From NCBI GenBank assembly GCA_964557365.1, contig CAZKZW010000004.1:1-32097 (forward strand): a stretch of 32,097 nt of DNA. Direction: 5' to 3'. A program made the position numbers and the translations under genes. Below the pieces are notes generated by a model that saw nothing but the letters and a program-made list of their open reading frames with translations, searched no databases and was not told the origin of the DNA. Origin of the DNA: an uncultured Pseudomonadales bacterium (GTDB lineage Bacteria > Patescibacteriota > Microgenomatia > UBA1400 > RBG-16-45-19). This document shows, piece after piece, positions 31,571 to 32,097 of this stretch. Position 1 is the first letter of the stretch. Each line of letters opens with the position of its first letter.

Positions 31571-32097
31571 ATGTATCAGCCTTCTTCAGATTTACTACAA
31601 AAATATGCAGATGTATTGGTTAAATTTGCCTTGAATTCAGGTGAGGGTATTCGACCTGGAGAAGTAGTGCAGTGCTTGGTTCCTGATGTGGCAAAACCAT
31701 TTTTGTTGGCACTACAGCGATCAATTTTAGAAGCCGGAGGACATCCTTTGATGCGGATGTTGCCTACTGGCGTTGACCGCACTTTTTATGAGTTGGCAAA
31801 TGAAGAACAGCTCACATTTTTCCCAAAGAAATTTATTCAAGCTCGGGTAAATTTGATTGATCATTCAATTGGTATACTCGCAGATCATGACTTAAAAGAA
31901 CTGGTTGGTATTGATGCGAATAAAATCATTAAAGCCCAAGAAGCGCAGAAGCAAGCCCGTGAATGGATGAATGATAAGGAATATGCGGGCCAATTTACGT
32001 GGACTTTGGCTCTGTATGGTACGCCAGCGATGGCACGCGAAGCGGGTTTAAGCCTCGAGGCTTACTGGGAAGAAATCATTCATGCCTGTTTCTTGGA
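31571..32097 (+). CDS. Aminopeptidase, M29 (AmpS/PepS) family, with the 3' end beyond the window
   Basis: Hand-translated open frame to the window edge: MYQPSSDLLQKYADVLVKFALNSGEGIRPGEVVQCLVPDVAKPFLLALQRSILEAGGHPL… matches the M29 N-terminal pattern. It is absent from the ORF track because it has no stop. Confidence 0.8.
   Translation, partial: MYQPSSDLLQKYADVLVKFALNSGEGIRPGEVVQCLVPDVAKPFLLALQRSILEAGGHPLMRMLPTGVDRTFYELANEEQLTFFPKKFIQARVNLIDHSIGILADHDLKELVGIDANKIIKAQEAQKQAREWMNDKEYAGQFTWTLALYGTPAMAREAGLSLEAYWEEIIHACFL

Noticed and set aside
31576-31782. 68-aa minus-strand ORF.
   Set aside because: It is antisense to the clearly recognisable M29 aminopeptidase N-terminus, which is open to the window edge and therefore missing from the ORF track.
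1-32097. CRISPR arrays, tRNA/rRNA genes, IS elements, integrases, prophage genes, and recoded stop codons (UGA as sense).
   Set aside because: I saw no regularly spaced direct repeats, no tRNA-like T-arm/acceptor patterns in the few intergenic regions, and no transposase or integrase-like ORFs. Long conserved genes are uninterrupted under the standard code, with TGA used as a stop (e.g. 22675-77, 27311-13).

Overview
This 32.1-kb chromosomal segment comes from a compact, monoderm-style bacterial genome using the standard genetic code (TGA is used as a stop). The gene content suggests a Patescibacteria/CPR-like or Chloroflexota-like organism: an archaeal-type short AspRS, an RRM RNA-binding protein, a sortase with a giant LPXTG protein, and tiny or negative intergenic spacers. 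That placement is inference, not proof. I support about 31 protein genes. I found no rRNA, tRNA, CRISPR array, transposase or integrase. Housekeeping genes are greA, gltX, aspS, recJ, cca, secD, secF, a PBP5-type D-Ala-D-Ala carboxypeptidase, a 5'-nucleotidase-type metallophosphatase, a histidine phosphatase and an M29 aminopeptidase (partial at the right edge). The accessory or poorly understood parts are four. (1) A cell-surface locus at 1390-10467: a 2350-aa mosaic LPATG protein, an FN3-like tail-anchored protein, a sortase and a secreted CAP/SCP-domain protein. (2) A translationally overlapping pair at 10564-13510: an orphan OmpR-type winged-helix regulator with no receiver domain and no P-loop, plus a 598-aa protein with no recognisable family, preceded by a perfect 7-bp inverted repeat. 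(3) An AT-rich islet of small ORFs at 22441-23228 that contains a textbook four-segment attenuator with a 24-codon leaderless micro-ORF. (4) A wHTH/nucleotidyltransferase-like fusion coupled to an AbrB/MazE-like gene directly upstream of secDF. At the regulatory level, most first genes of transcription units appear leaderless, with an (often extended) -10 box 6-12 nt before the ATG. Two divergent gene pairs have interdigitated or mirror-symmetric promoters. aspS carries a T-box-like leader with an antiterminator/terminator switch. Every convergent gene junction is overlapping or at most 8 nt wide. All functional calls come from motif recognition by eye; no database search was run.
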